64,000 bases of DNA from Reclinomonas americana ATCC 50394 (Eukaryota), in NCBI GenBank assembly GCA_048213135.1, contig PS015187.1:1-64000 (forward strand), given 5' to 3'. The notes beneath the pieces are model-generated. The model saw only the letters and a program-made list of their open reading frames with translations. It was not told where the DNA came from and did not search any database. Numbering within the stretch: the first letter of the stretch is position 1; each line of letters starts with the position of its first letter. A program made the translations under genes and the position numbers. Shown here piece by piece: positions 12,601 through 24,502 of the stretch.

Positions 12601-13745
12601 TGCAGTGAGCACAATCTGGAGCACCGCCTCTTGCACTATCGCGAGCGCGGACTTCCGGTGATGACCATTGAGGAGCGTATGGCGTGCTTCCAGCGGTGCT
12701 GCGAGATCGTCGCCTCTATTCAGAAGTTTCGTCACCGCTGTCATAGAGAGTGACGAGTGCGTGTGCACGTGCAGTGTGTCTTACTTGCTTTTCTATGTCT
12801 TTTGCAGGCTGGTGTGTATGCGCTGCTGTACGATGTTCCTATGTCGTCGTTATTGCTCACCATACCATCCGTGTGACATGTTCACAGGGTGGTAAGTCGA
12901 CGCGCCTTACTGCAAGTGCACTGATTTTCGCGATCCCCTCACCCCGTTCACAGTGATCCACCGCGACATCAAGCCAGACAATATTCTCTTCGACCAAGCC
13001 AACGTGGCGTGCGTGGCGGATCTGGGTATTGCCCACGGGTACTCCTCCGACAAGGTGACACTGTCGCACAGCATCCTTTTCTCGGTTCTCGTCACTCACT
13101 CCACTCGCATGCAGACGCACGTTGTCACGCAGTGGGCGGGCGACTTGCGTTACGCCGATCCACGGTCGCTGCATGATGAACTGACGCCAACCGTCGACGT
13201 CTTCGCGCTGGGCCTGGTGCTGGCACAGTTGTACATGGGCGTGGACACGGAGCACGTCCACGCGATCTTGCGGTCCGTCCGACGCCTGAGCGACGAGGAG
13301 CTCGCTCGCACGTGCGTGCAACATGCCGACACCGGTGTAGGGCGTCCTTGGCCGGCACCTCTGTGTGAGGGCATGGTCAGACTGGTGTTGCGGTGAGTGA
13401 TCCCCCGCAGCTCGTGAATTCCCTTGATCTTCTCAAAAAAGAAACGGCAGCTGCACGAGCATCACCGACGAGGGCCTTCGTCAGCGACCGACTGCGGCGG
13501 AGCTGGTGGTCGCCGCCCGCGACTTGGCCGTCATGTCGACCCGCCGTGCGTGTCTCGTGTGCAACGCGCTGCGCAATACGTGCCTGTATCCGTGTCGGCA
13601 TCAGGTGCTGTGCGCCGAGTGTGCGACGACGCTGGCTGAGCGTGGCTCCGAGTGTCCGATGTGCCGCGAGAGGTTTACGCGCTTTGAGAGCGATGATGCG
13701 CGGTTTGGGTATTGCACGTTTGTCGAGGAAGTGAAAGACAAGTGA
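9636..13745 (+). CDS. TPR repeats - Pro/Ser-rich linker - coiled coil - IRAK/Pelle(RLK)-like Ser/Thr kinase - C3HC4 RING protein
   Basis: Exon 1 has kinesin-light-chain-type TPRs (RVLGSEHPDTL, RRSHGDDHRATL, RRVLGAAHAH). A phase-1 donor at 10414 joins the phase-1 acceptor at 11274. Kinase motifs: FSWEQMVSMSGGFREPVGEGGSARVF, VVVKR, HRDIKPDN, DLG, GDLRYADP, DVFALG. RING: CLVC...PCRHQVLCAEC...CPMCR. Stop TGA at 13745. Confidence 0.8.
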
Positions 13746-13871
13746 TGTGGGGAAAGGGATGTAAAGGAGAAGGGGGTGGGGGGTAGGGGAAGGAGAAGGG
13801 GGTGGAACCGGAAGGGCGAGGTAGAGAGAGAGAAGAAACAGTGGTCGCATTCCATCATCTTCACCACAGTC

Positions 13872-16800
13872 TCATTCCTTGGCCGGTCGTGCGGCTGGTG
13901 GTGCGGCCGCCGACACCACGGGCAATGGACGCGGCGGCGGAGGAGCGGCTTCGTTCAAAAAGAGTTGATGCAACTCCGCGAGGTGGGCCTCGTTCTCCGG
14001 GCCGCACACCCTGGCGAGGCCGAGAACGAGCTCGCCGAGGCATTCGCTGTGCGCCACCACGTCGGCGAAGCCGGCGTGTGGTCGCATGAGCAGCCACTGG
14101 AGGGTGACCAGGCCGGAGACGCCATCGCGGCGGCCGACTTCGGAGTAGGACCAGAAGGAGCAGAGGGCGAGTGGGGGGCCCTGTGAGGGGGGAAGGATGA
14201 TGAGGGAAGGGGGAAGGGGAAGGGGAAGGGGGAAGAGGGGAAGGGGGAGGGGAGGCAAGAGGAGAAGGGAGAGGGAGAGGGAGAGGGAGAGGGAGAGGGA
14301 GAGGGAGAGGGAGAGGGAGAGGGAGAGGGAGAGGGAGAGGGAGAGGGAGAGGGAGAGGGAGAGGGAGAGGGAGAGGGAGGAGGGAGAGGGAGGAGGGAGA
14401 GGAGGAGGNNNNNNNNNNNNNNNNNNNNNNNNNNNNNNNNNNNNNNNNNNNNNNNNNNNNNNNNNNNNNNNNNNNNNNNNNNNNNNNNNNNNNNNNNNNN
14501 NNNNNNNNNNNNNNNNNNNNNNNNNNNNNNNNNNNNNNNNNNNNNNNNNNNNNNNNNNNNNNNNNNNNNNNNNNNNNNNNNNNNNNNNNNNNNNNNNNNN
14601 NNNNNNNNNNNNNNNNNNNNNNNNNNNNNNNNNNNNNNNNNNNNNNNNNNNNNNNNNNNNNNNNNNNNNNNNNNNNNNNNNNNNNNNNNNNNNNNNNNNN
14701 NNNNNNNNNNNNNNNNNNNNNNNNNNNNNNNNNNNNNNNNNNNNNNNNNNNNNNNNNNNNNNNNNNNNNNNNNNNNNNNNNNNNNNNNNNNNNNNNNNNN
14801 NNNNNNNNNNNNNNNNNNNNNNNNNNNNNNNNNNNNNNNNNNNNNNNNNNNNNNNNNNNNNNNNNNNNNNNNNNNNNNNNNNNNNNNNNNNNNNNNNNNN
14901 NNNNNNNNNNNNNNNNNNNNNNNNNNNNNNNNNNNNNNNNNNNNNNNNNNNNNNNNNNNNNNNNNNNNNNNNNNNNNNNNNNNNNNNNNNNNNNNNNNNN
15001 NNNNNNNNNNNNNNNNNNNNNNNNNNNNNNNNNNNNNNNNNNNNNNNNNNNNNNNNNNNNNNNNNNNNNNNNNNNNNNNNNNNNNNNNNNNNNNNNNNNN
15101 NNNNNNNNNNNNNNNNNNNNNNNNNNNNNNNNNNNNNNNNNNNNNNNNNNNNNNNNNNNNNNNNNAGAGGAGAGGAGACGGGAGAGGAGAGGAGAGGAGA
15201 GGAAGAGGAGAGGAGAGGAAGAGGAGAGGAGGAAAGAGAAAAAACAGATGAAATAAGGAAAGAACAGGGAGATAAGAGAAGATGTGAACAGACGAAATAG
15301 GAAGAGGAGATATGAGAAGTGGTGAGATGACAATAGAAGTGAACAAGAAGCAGAGAGGAGAATGGTGGGAAGGAGAGAAAGAGAAGAGATGTGAACAGAG
15401 GAGCAGCGAATGATGAAAAGAGAAAAAACAAAAGAGAATGAGATGACAAGGAGAGGGAAGAAGAGAAGGGACGACAACAGAAGAGAGGAGCAGTGAAGAG
15501 ATGAGAGGAGAAGAGAAGAGAAGAGGGGAAGCAACAGTGTCATCCCCTTTCCATCCAACAACGCACCGCCGAGCTGGCCGGTGCCTGCGTGTCCAACGCC
15601 ACGCGGAAGAGGCAGCTGTTGGGACTCAGCGCCACGTAGTCGCTCCCGTGCACAAACAGCATCTGCTTGCCGAGCTCGCCGAATTTGATCGCGGCCGGCG
15701 TGTCTTCCGGTGACAGACCGTGGCACGCACGTGGGGCGGCGCCAGCTGTGCTTCCGCTCGCCGCACTACTGCCGCTTCCGCTGCCCGATGCGCCGGCCTT
15801 TGGTCGCTTCAGTCCACCAAGCAGGCCTCCTATACTCTGGTCAAAAAACAAGGCGTGCTCATCGGTGCGCACAGCTGTCGCCTCACCGGCTTTCGGAGGC
15901 TTCGGTTGTTGCACCAGTGCCTCCACGGTGCCTGCGATCTGGGGCATGCAGGTGGGGAAGATACCGCAGCGCACCTCGAAACGCGTGCCGGGACCCTCGT
16001 CGACGAATGGGAAGGAGAGCTCGCGAAAGACCCAGCCGTGTTGCACAAAATTGAAGGTTTGGGTCATCAGGCGCGGACTGTCATCACATGCGGGTGAGGC
16101 AGAGCAGGGCAAAGAGAGAAAAACAAAAGAGTGAGGTATACCCTTCTGTCCTCCGGAAAAACTGCGACACGTCGGACACGGCCCAGGCGAATTCGATCGA
16201 CCCGGCGGCTGCGTCGCGCTTCGACAGCAGGTCGCGGATGACGGGTGGGAGAGTCAGAGGGTGCAGGCCGAGGCGGCCGAGAACCAGCACGCACAGCTCT
16301 CCTTTTGGGTATTCAGGGCCGTATTGGCCAATGTAGGGGACACTGGGGAGAGGGAGAGGGTGAGGAGAGTGGGGGAACAGAGAGAATCAGAGTGCATAGA
16401 CCTGAACATGCCCATGATGGGGTGCATGATTTCGTCCACGGTTCTGCCGTCCTCTAGGTGCAGAAAGAAGCGACGAGGGTCGTTTTGTTCCTTGCGTTTT
16501 TCCACGCAGACCTGCGTGGAGGATGGAGAGGAAAGAGGGAGTGAGGAAGGGGGAGTGAGGAAGGGGGAGGGGGAGGGGGAGTGAGGAAGGGGGAGAGGGG
16601 AAGGGAGGGGAAGGGAAGAGAAAGGGACAAGAGTATGGAGCGGATCAGGGGCAGTAGAAAGGGTGAAGAACAGTGGAAAGGATAAAAGTATCTTGAACAG
16701 GGTCAAGGTTCTGGAACGGAACGAGGGTTGTGAAAAGTGTCAAGAGTCGTGAAATGGTCAAGGGTGGCGGAGAGGATCAAGCGTCGTGGAAAGAGAGGGC

Positions 16801-18276
16801 CAAGAGTAAGGGAAACGGCCTTGGAACTGGAACGGGTCATGGGTGGTGGAAAGAGTTGAGGGTCGTCGAAAGGAATGAGCTGTTCCCACTTCTGACCCTC
16901 AACCATTGCACCTCGCCCTTTCCACGACCCAAGAGTGAAACTATCAGGCTACTGATTAGAAAAGCAGGGAGTGAATATGGAAGGGAAAGAGTTGTGAGTG
17001 ACACCGAAGCTGGTGAGAGAAGGAGCGGCGGATTAATAATTGAGGGTCGGAAAAACAAAAGCAAAGAGAGGGAGGCTCGTTGCGAGTGACAGCGAAGCTG
17101 ACGAGAGAAGGAGCGGCGAGTCAATGGTTGGGGGTCGGAAAAGCACAGCGGAGACACACCAAGGAAAGAGAAGGAGACTCGTTGTGAGTGACAGCGAAGA
17201 TGACGAGAGAAGGAGTGGAAACTCAATGGCACAGGGTAAGAAAACAAAAGCAAAGAGGATGAAACTCGTTGTGAGTGACAGCAAAGATGACGAGAGAAAG
17301 AGCGGCGGGTCAATGGTTGAGGGTCGGAAATCCAAGAGCAAAGAGAGGGAGACCGTTGTGAGTGGCAGTGAAGCGGAACGGACGCTCAACGGTTGAGGGC
17401 CAGAAAAGTACAACAGAGACACACCTAGGAAAGAGAAGGAAACACGTTGTGAGTGACAGTAAGACGACGAGAGAAAGAGTGCAGGATCAGTGACTGCGGA
17501 TAAGAAAGTACAACAGTGAACACTATGAGGCTGTGCATCACAAGGGAATGCAGAGGAAAACTCATTGTGAGTGACAGCAAAGAGGAGGAGAGCCATCGTG
17601 CTACATGGCAACGAGTCAATCAACACAAGAGCACGTTGAGACTGACCTGTTGACCTCCCACTCGCCCGTCCACCATGTCCAGTTGTGCGACATCAGCTGC
17701 CAACAGATCCACGGCATGGGCATGATCGCCGACGGGAGCCATGGAGGGTGGCGAGGGAGGTGGAGTGTGGACTTCGTCGCGGAGGGCGGAGAAGGTGAAG
17801 TAGGTGTTGAGGGCGGCCTGTGGCGGAGGGGCATGAGAAGTGGGAGAAAAGAAAAGGCGAGTGGGACGTGAGGAGATATGAATAGTGAAGGGTGAGCGAT
17901 AGGGATGGAGAAGAGTGTGAGCAATGGACGGTGAGAGAGATGGAGAGAAGAGAGGAAGATGTGACGCCTTATCGCTTGCCTAACTCACAGTATCTCTCTC
18001 ACTCACTCACTCCTCACTCTCTCACTCACTCACTCACTCACACACACATACACACTCACACACACACTCACTCACTCACTCACTCACTCACTCCACACAC
18101 ACACACTCTCTCTCTCTCTCTCTCACACTCACTCACTCTTCTCTCCTCTTCTCCCCCTCCCTCTCCTTATTGCTCACCTGCACATCCCAATCATGCGACC
18201 TCAGCATCTCCCTTGCTGCATCCTCATCCCGTGTTCCGCTCAGCACACAAAACTGCGAAACCTTCACTGCATCCAT
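13872..18276 (-). CDS. Protein with an N-terminal UBA-like (UBA_4-type) domain and an uncharacterised C-terminal domain
   Basis: Exons 1+2 splice to MDAVKVSQFCVLSGTRDEDAAREMLRSHDWDVQ|AALNTYF, matching the QF..hTG....A...L....WDhQ.Ah..YF UBA-like pattern of DCN1/p47/TDP2. Further exons at about 16400-16510, 16140-16335, 15568-16075 and 13872-14180. Confidence 0.7.
16990..17590. repeat. Degenerate ~88-100 bp tandem repeat (about 7 units, core GTTGTGAGTGACAGCGAAGATGACGAGAGAAGGAG) in an intron
   Basis: The core recurs near 16991, 17079, 17180, 17268, 17355, 17446 and 17565. Confidence 0.8.
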
Positions 18277-18335
18277 GACGATAAAGTGACTTACAATGTC
18301 CTGTGAGCGTCTTGAAACGTTTAGTTGTTCATTGC

Positions 18336-21300
18336 ATGAGGTGTGTTGCATGTTGCTCTCTCTCTCTCTCTGTGCGCGCGCGTGTGTGTGTGATGTTAAT
18401 TGCTTGTTGCCAGTCAACCAGAGAGGAAGAAGGCATGGGAGATGGGGAGGGATGGTGATGTGCAAGCGTTGCGCGAGTTGGTGGCTTGTGAGGGAGCAGA
18501 GATTCTGCTGAAGAGTGAGGAGACGAGTGGATTGCAGTCGGCATACTACTTTGCTGCTTTCAGTGGCCACATGCCTGTGCTGGAGTATTTGTGGGAGGAG
18601 AGTGGCGTCGGACCTCAACTTGCACAGATTGTCGGGGATGGCGGCTGTACGCCACTGCAAACAGCTGCTTGCAATGGACATCTGCCAGTGGTGGAATGGT
18701 TGCTTGCCGATGAGCGACGATGCCCGCCCGAGATTGCGCGTGTTGTCAACATCCACAAGTCCACTGCACTGCATTTGGCTGCCTTGAACGGCCGCGAAAT
18801 GATTGTGCGACTCCTCGCCACTCGCTATCCCGACCTTATTCCCATGGTCAACGATTTCGGCAAGACAGCGGCTCAGTGGGCTGGCGGGCATACCCCAGTA
18901 GGCGAGATATTCGATCGCCTTGCTCTATCGTTACCAGGTGTTTATCGTCATCGTCATGTGTTTTTTGCTGCCGTTGTTCATCTCTTCCTCCTCAGCTGAA
19001 ACTCGTGCTCCTCGTCAATTGAGGAAGAGGGCATTTGAGATGGCGCAAGGAGGCGACATGGAGGCGCTGCGCGAATTGGTGGCAATGGAGGGCTCGCAAG
19101 TGCTGCTGAAGAACGAGGAGATGGATGCCAATGGCAGCTCGGCATTCTATTTTGCCGCACGCAGTGGCCATCTCTCAGTGTTGGAGTATTTGTGGACGGA
19201 GAGTGGAGTTGGACCGCAACTCGCACAACAGGTATCCGTGTATGGTGTGACGCCACTGATGATAGCTGGCAGCTGTGGAAATCTGCAAGTGGTCGAGTGG
19301 TTGCTGGCTGACGAGCGTCGATGTTCGCTGGAAATGGTGCGGACGGTCGACAAGAACCAGTGGACTGTTCTGCATTATGCCGCTCGGAATTCCCGTGAAG
19401 CCATCGTGCAACTCCTCGCCACTCGCTATCCCGACATCATACCTGCAGTCAACAAGCATGGCAAGACAGCGGCACAGCTTGCACGCGACAACAAGAAACA
19501 GCGAGTGGCCGCGATGATTGATCGTCTGGCTGCGCAGTCGTTGCACCAACCACCAGCACAACCTGAACCATCACCACCGTCATCATCACCACCAGCACCA
19601 CCAACACAGCAGCAACAACAACTGCAACCACGACAAGATCCACCGCCGCGACCACCTGCAGGTGTGATCTCATTCGTCTTGAGCAGAAAGTTGATTCATC
19701 ACACACCTCAATCCGTGTTACTATTGCTTTTCGCCACTGTAGAGCACGCAGTGCCAGCTATTCGACAGGTGCGAGAATGTGTCATCGTTGGCGCGCGCGA
19801 CATTTGTGTGACTTCAACCCTCCCTTGTTTTTCCTAGCAGTCGGAAGATGATGCCTTCGTTGTGTATCGCCAGCTCGCCGACAAGGACGCACTCAACGTT
19901 CAACTCCAGCTCGACCTTGCCGCAGCACAGCAGGAGCGAGAGCATCAGCAGCTAATGTGGGGCCATGAGCGACGAGAGTGTGAAGCCATGGTGGCTCAAC
20001 TGCAACGGGCCATCATTGAGTGTCAACAAGGCAAAGCGGAAGAACAACTGAAGACTTACCAACTACAGCTAGCAAATGCAGAGTTGCTTCGAGGGAACTC
20101 CGAATTGCAGCGAGATCATGCTGAACTTCAGCACCAGGTTGCCCAACTGCAGCGGGATTCCTCGGAGTTGCAACAAGGCAGGGCTGAGGAACAGCAGATG
20201 ATAATTCAACTGCAGTCTCAGCTCTCTGCGTCCCTTCGCGGCAAGGATGTTCTCACCACGCAGTTGGCCACTATTCAGCAGCAACTTGAAGAGAGAGACC
20301 TTCTTGTTTCGCAGCTTCGGCAGGAACTTCTCCTCGCTCAAGGTCTTTACGTCTCTGTTGTTGCTTGCGTGCACATCAGTAGTTGACTCTCTTTTCACCG
20401 CTTATTCGGTAGTCAACACTTGCGTGCAGCGCTTTGAGTGGACCGAGATCGTGCACGCCACAGACTCGTTCTCTCCTCGTCTTAAGGTCGGCGAAGGTGG
20501 CCAGGGTGCTGTCTTCATTACTCTGCTTCGTGAGATGCATGTGGCCATCAAGGTACTCGACCCCGATGCACCGTGGACGATGGAGTCATTTGAGAGCGAG
20601 GTCTGTATCACTCCCTCTCCTGTTTCCTCTCTTTTTCTCCCCCTCCTTCTCCTCATTCCGTCTTACAGGTCGCCACCCTCGGACGCCTTCGTGATCGTCG
20701 CATTGTGCCTCTTGTCGGATACTCGGTGGGTGACGACAAGGCTCGCTGTCTGGTGTACAAGGCACTGCAGTGCGTTACTTATCTCCCTCTTCTTCTCCCT
20801 CTCATCCATCACCTCCTTACTGTGAAGGCACACAGAATTCCCAATCTGGAAGATATGTTGTTGCTTCGCACTGGCCGTGCACCACTCTCCGTCGTGCAGC
20901 GTGTGCAGATTGGTCTCGGACTGGCCGAGGCTGTGACATTTTTGCACAAGGTTAGATTTCTACATGGTTCGGCGGATTTTGTTCTCATGCACGTCCTCAC
21001 CACCTCTCTCACAGAACGAGGTGGTCCATCGCGACATCAAACCCTCGAACGTGCTTCTCGATCACCGTTTCGAGCCGTGTCTCGGTGACTTTGGCATCGC
21101 ACGGTCGATAGCTGATGGCAAGGTTTGCTTCTCTCCTGTCACATCTGCTTTCTCTCTGTGACGACTTCTCACTTCGACCCTGTGCAAGTCAACCGTCGCC
21201 GCCGGCACACTCGACTACTTGGATCCACTGGCCCTCCGCGCTCGGCGTCCGCTGCCCAAGCACGATGTCTTCAGTATGGGTGTGGTGCTGGTGCAGCTAG

Positions 21301-21554
21301 TCACCGGCAAGCCGGTGATGACGGTGGGCGAGTGGTCGCTGGAGTGGGACGACTCGCCTGCCTCATTGCGCGTCATGGAGCTGGTGGACAGCAGCGAAGG
21401 AGTGGAGTGGACTCCGCGTATCGCTGAAGCCATGTTCACCGTAGGCATACGATGCATGAGTCTGCGACGTGATCGGCCGACAGCGCAGGAGGTACTCGAC
21501 GTGATGCGGGCGTTGCGGGAGGCGTGCGGACAGTTTACGATGGTCATTGATTGA
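18336..21554 (+). CDS. Ankyrin module x2 - Pro/Gln linker - coiled coil - IRAK/Pelle(RLK)-like kinase
   Basis: Two homologous ankyrin blocks (GCTPLQTAACNGH...STALHLAALNGR; GVTPLMIAGSCGN...TVLHYAARNSR) and a Q/E/L-rich heptad region. Kinase: FEWTEIVHATDSFSPRLKVGEGGQGAVF, VAIK, HRDIKPSN, DFGIAR, GTLDYLDP, DVFSMG, RRDRPT. Start is 18336 (ATGAG|GTGTGT) or 18296. Confidence 0.85.
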
Positions 21555-22055
21555 ACTGGGAGGCAGAGACAGTGCGATTCAGTCTGCAAAAATCTTGCAC
21601 TGCCTGCACATCGAGCACCTCCTGTGCCATCTATTGACCGCGTTACAGACTTATGCAACGTCAAGCATGGCATCAGCGATACGTGAAACTGTCGTCGACC
21701 ATATATATATATGCGTGACGCACTTGATTTAAAGTTGGTTAGAAAGAAAGCACTCACAAACAAAACACTTCATTCACCACATTCCAATAATGCGACAAAC
21801 GACCACATGTACAAATCCCTTGCCGACAATCACCTTGGCACACCAACAATATAGAAACGCATAATTACATTCTCCTCAATGATTGCGATCGCGAAGTCGA
21901 CCTGTCTTCCCTTGCATTAGTTTTAATTCTCCCTCCTCTTTCTTCCCGATCAGCTGACGGATGCAACCAAGTATCTTCTATTCCGTCCTTCGCTCTCCCC
22001 GTCCTGTCCGTCTTGATCTTCTCCGGATCTCTCCGCCCCTTCCCCCTTCTCCTCC

Positions 22056-23141
22056 ATGATCCCCCACAAAACCATCCTCTCCGACTTCCTCGCGGTCCTC
22101 ACCCTCACCCTCACCCGCGACGGCCGCCACCTCATCACCGGCGGCCACGACCACATTGTCCGCGTGTGGACACTCACCGACAACGGAACTTCTGTGCGTG
22201 CAGAAGAAGAGCCACTCAAGCTGGAGGGCCACACCAGTGTCATCAAGTGCCTCGCCACCACACCCGACGGCATACGCGTCGTCTCCGGCAGTCAAGACTC
22301 GACAGTGCGCGTGTGGTCACTGGCCACTGGCGAGGCACTCTTGCCGCCCATGCAACACGCCCGCCTCACCTGTCTGGCAGTGTCGCCTTGCGGTGAGCAC
22401 GTGGCCACCGCCAGTCGGGACACCAGCATATGCGTGTGGTCGTTGCGCACGGGGCAATTGGAGCACGTGCTGAGCGGGCATCACGGACCGGTGACGTGCA
22501 TGGCGTACACGGCCGACGGAGAGCGCATCGTGGCGGGGGACTTTGCGGCGAAAATACGAGTGTGGTCGGCAGCACGTGGAGAACTGCTGCGGCACGATGA
22601 CGCTGGGCGCACGGGTATTCAGGCGCTGGTGATCACAGGCGACTACATTGTAACAGCGAGCATGGACCACGTGGTGCGCGTGTGGTCGCTGAGCAGTGGG
22701 GAGCTCGTGCGGGAGATGGCCGGCCATACGAGCTTCGTGACGTCACTGGCGGTGGTGCCGAGCGGGCGATTCGTGGTGAGCGGCAGTGATGATAGGGATC
22801 GGTCGGTGCGGGTGTGGGCGGTGGAGACGGGCGAGGAGGTGCTGGTGTTGAGGGGCGCGACGGCCAAGGTGAATGGTGTGGTGGTGTCGCCGTGCGGGGG
22901 GCGCATTGTGGCGTGTGATGGGCACGGGGAGGTGATTGTGTGGTCGACGGTGTGGGGGTTGGCGTGCGAGGAGCTGGCGGCGGCGCAAATGGCGGCCAAG
23001 GTGGTGAGGGAGGAGATGTGGAAGGAGGGGGAGGATGGGGTGAAGGGGGAGGAGCGGTGCTTGGCGGAGCAGGTGCTGCGGTGCTTTATGGTGGAGGAGG
23101 CGCAGGTGGTGGTGAGGAGGAGAAGGGAGGAGGGTTGGTGA
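22056..23141 (+). CDS. Intronless WD40-repeat (about 7-blade) protein
   Basis: Repeated GH...V..LA.TPDG.RVVSGS.D.TVRVW units in a single 361-aa ORF. Confidence 0.85.
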   Translation: MIPHKTILSDFLAVLTLTLTRDGRHLITGGHDHIVRVWTLTDNGTSVRAEEEPLKLEGHTSVIKCLATTPDGIRVVSGSQDSTVRVWSLATGEALLPPMQHARLTCLAVSPCGEHVATASRDTSICVWSLRTGQLEHVLSGHHGPVTCMAYTADGERIVAGDFAAKIRVWSAARGELLRHDDAGRTGIQALVITGDYIVTASMDHVVRVWSLSSGELVREMAGHTSFVTSLAVVPSGRFVVSGSDDRDRSVRVWAVETGEEVLVLRGATAKVNGVVVSPCGGRIVACDGHGEVIVWSTVWGLACEELAAAQMAAKVVREEMWKEGEDGVKGEERCLAEQVLRCFMVEEAQVVVRRRREEGW

Positions 23142-23362
23142 GCTTGATGAATAATATAGGGCTCACCATCACTTCTGCACATGTTCCCTCTCACTCTCTC
23201 CTCCCACCCTTCCAAAAGCAAGCTTCCAACGACATTCTCTCTCTCGCACACTCATTATTAACAGTGCTGATCTCTCTACTTCTCCCCCCGTACCAAACAC
23301 ACTCACTCCGATTCTCTCTCTCTCTCTCTGTTCCCCTCTCTTTCGTTTCTTGATCTGTACAC

Positions 23363-24163
23363 TTAAAGTTCCATCGTAAACTGCCCACACGCCAGCTGAT
23401 GTGCCACCGCCGCGGCGGCGTCACTTGCCTGTGAATAAGCGAAAAACCCAGAGTAAAGAGCTCAGCAAGCGAGGCATCAGCACACCAACACAGCCGCCTC
23501 TCGGATCTCACCAGTGGCTGGTGTCGTAGCGTCGCAGCAAGTCGGTCGAGCAAATCGGCCACGTGCGGCTTGCCGTCTTCGCGTGCCAACTGAGCCGCTG
23601 TCATGCCGTCCTTGTCGACCATGGGAATGAGATCGGGAAAGCGTGTGGCGAAGAGCCGTACATTGTCTTCTTTGCCGGTCATGGCAGCTCGATGGAGAGC
23701 AGTCCACTGATGATTGTCGACTGCGCGCACCATCGCTGGCGGACATCGTCGCTCATCGGCCAGCAACCACTCCACAACATCCAGCAGTGCATTACTCGTC
23801 GCCACCATAAGCGGTGTGCGGCCTTCGTCGTCGACTGCCAGTGCAAGTTGTCCGCCAACTCCACTCTCCTCCCACAAGTACTGCAGCATGTCGGGGTAGC
23901 GAACGCTGACGGCAAACGAGAATATCGTCCCGCCACCAGAGCTCATCTGCTCTCGCTTGAGCAGAACTTGTGCGCCCTCACGCGCCACAAACTTGCGCAC
24001 GCCTTTTACGTCGCCAAGCACCGCCATCTCCCATGCTTTTAAATTTTTCCGCGGTTGATCACGAGAAGCACTGGCAATGCACACACACACATGCTTTTCT
24101 TTTGAGGGAGTGTGCCAACACAAAAGCGACACAAAGCGCGACACACCTTTGCGATGAGCCCAT
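23363..24163 (-). CDS. Short ankyrin-repeat protein with a putative N-myristoylation motif; kinase-less paralog of the 18336-21554 gene
   Basis: Three exons give MGSSQS|ASRDQPRKNLKAWEM...YLWEESGVG...EWLLADERRCPP...LDRLAATLRHQPL|ASDAAAAVAHQLACGQFTMEL*. The ankyrin block is collinear with both blocks of the ANK-kinase. Confidence 0.8.
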
Positions 24164-24502
24164 TTCACCGACGTGCACACCGACCGGACACCAATCAATC
24201 ACAGGACGAACGCACGCCGCGAGGCGTTGTGTGCTAGGTGCAGCCGGCAGCCCAGCTACAGAGGTCGTCGATTCCACTGCGAGTGTGCAGACATGGTACC
24301 GGAGACATCTCTGAGCGCGTGCACAACTTCGATATATCGACGTCGACGTCGACGTCGCGCGCGTTCGAGAACTCAAGGTCGCATGCTGCATCTCTCTCAA
24401 TCACACCCTTGGTTCTATGCACAGCACTACACACAGCTCACTCTTCACCACCTCCACCACACTCTGTGTCTCCCTGCAGGACAAAAACCTGTTTCAGACA
24501 GA

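Noticed and set aside
16990-17590. Repeat with variable spacers resembling an array, or a lysine-rich ORF
   Set aside because: The intervening parts are themselves homologous, so it is a degenerate minisatellite. It lies antisense within an intron and the ORFs are broken.
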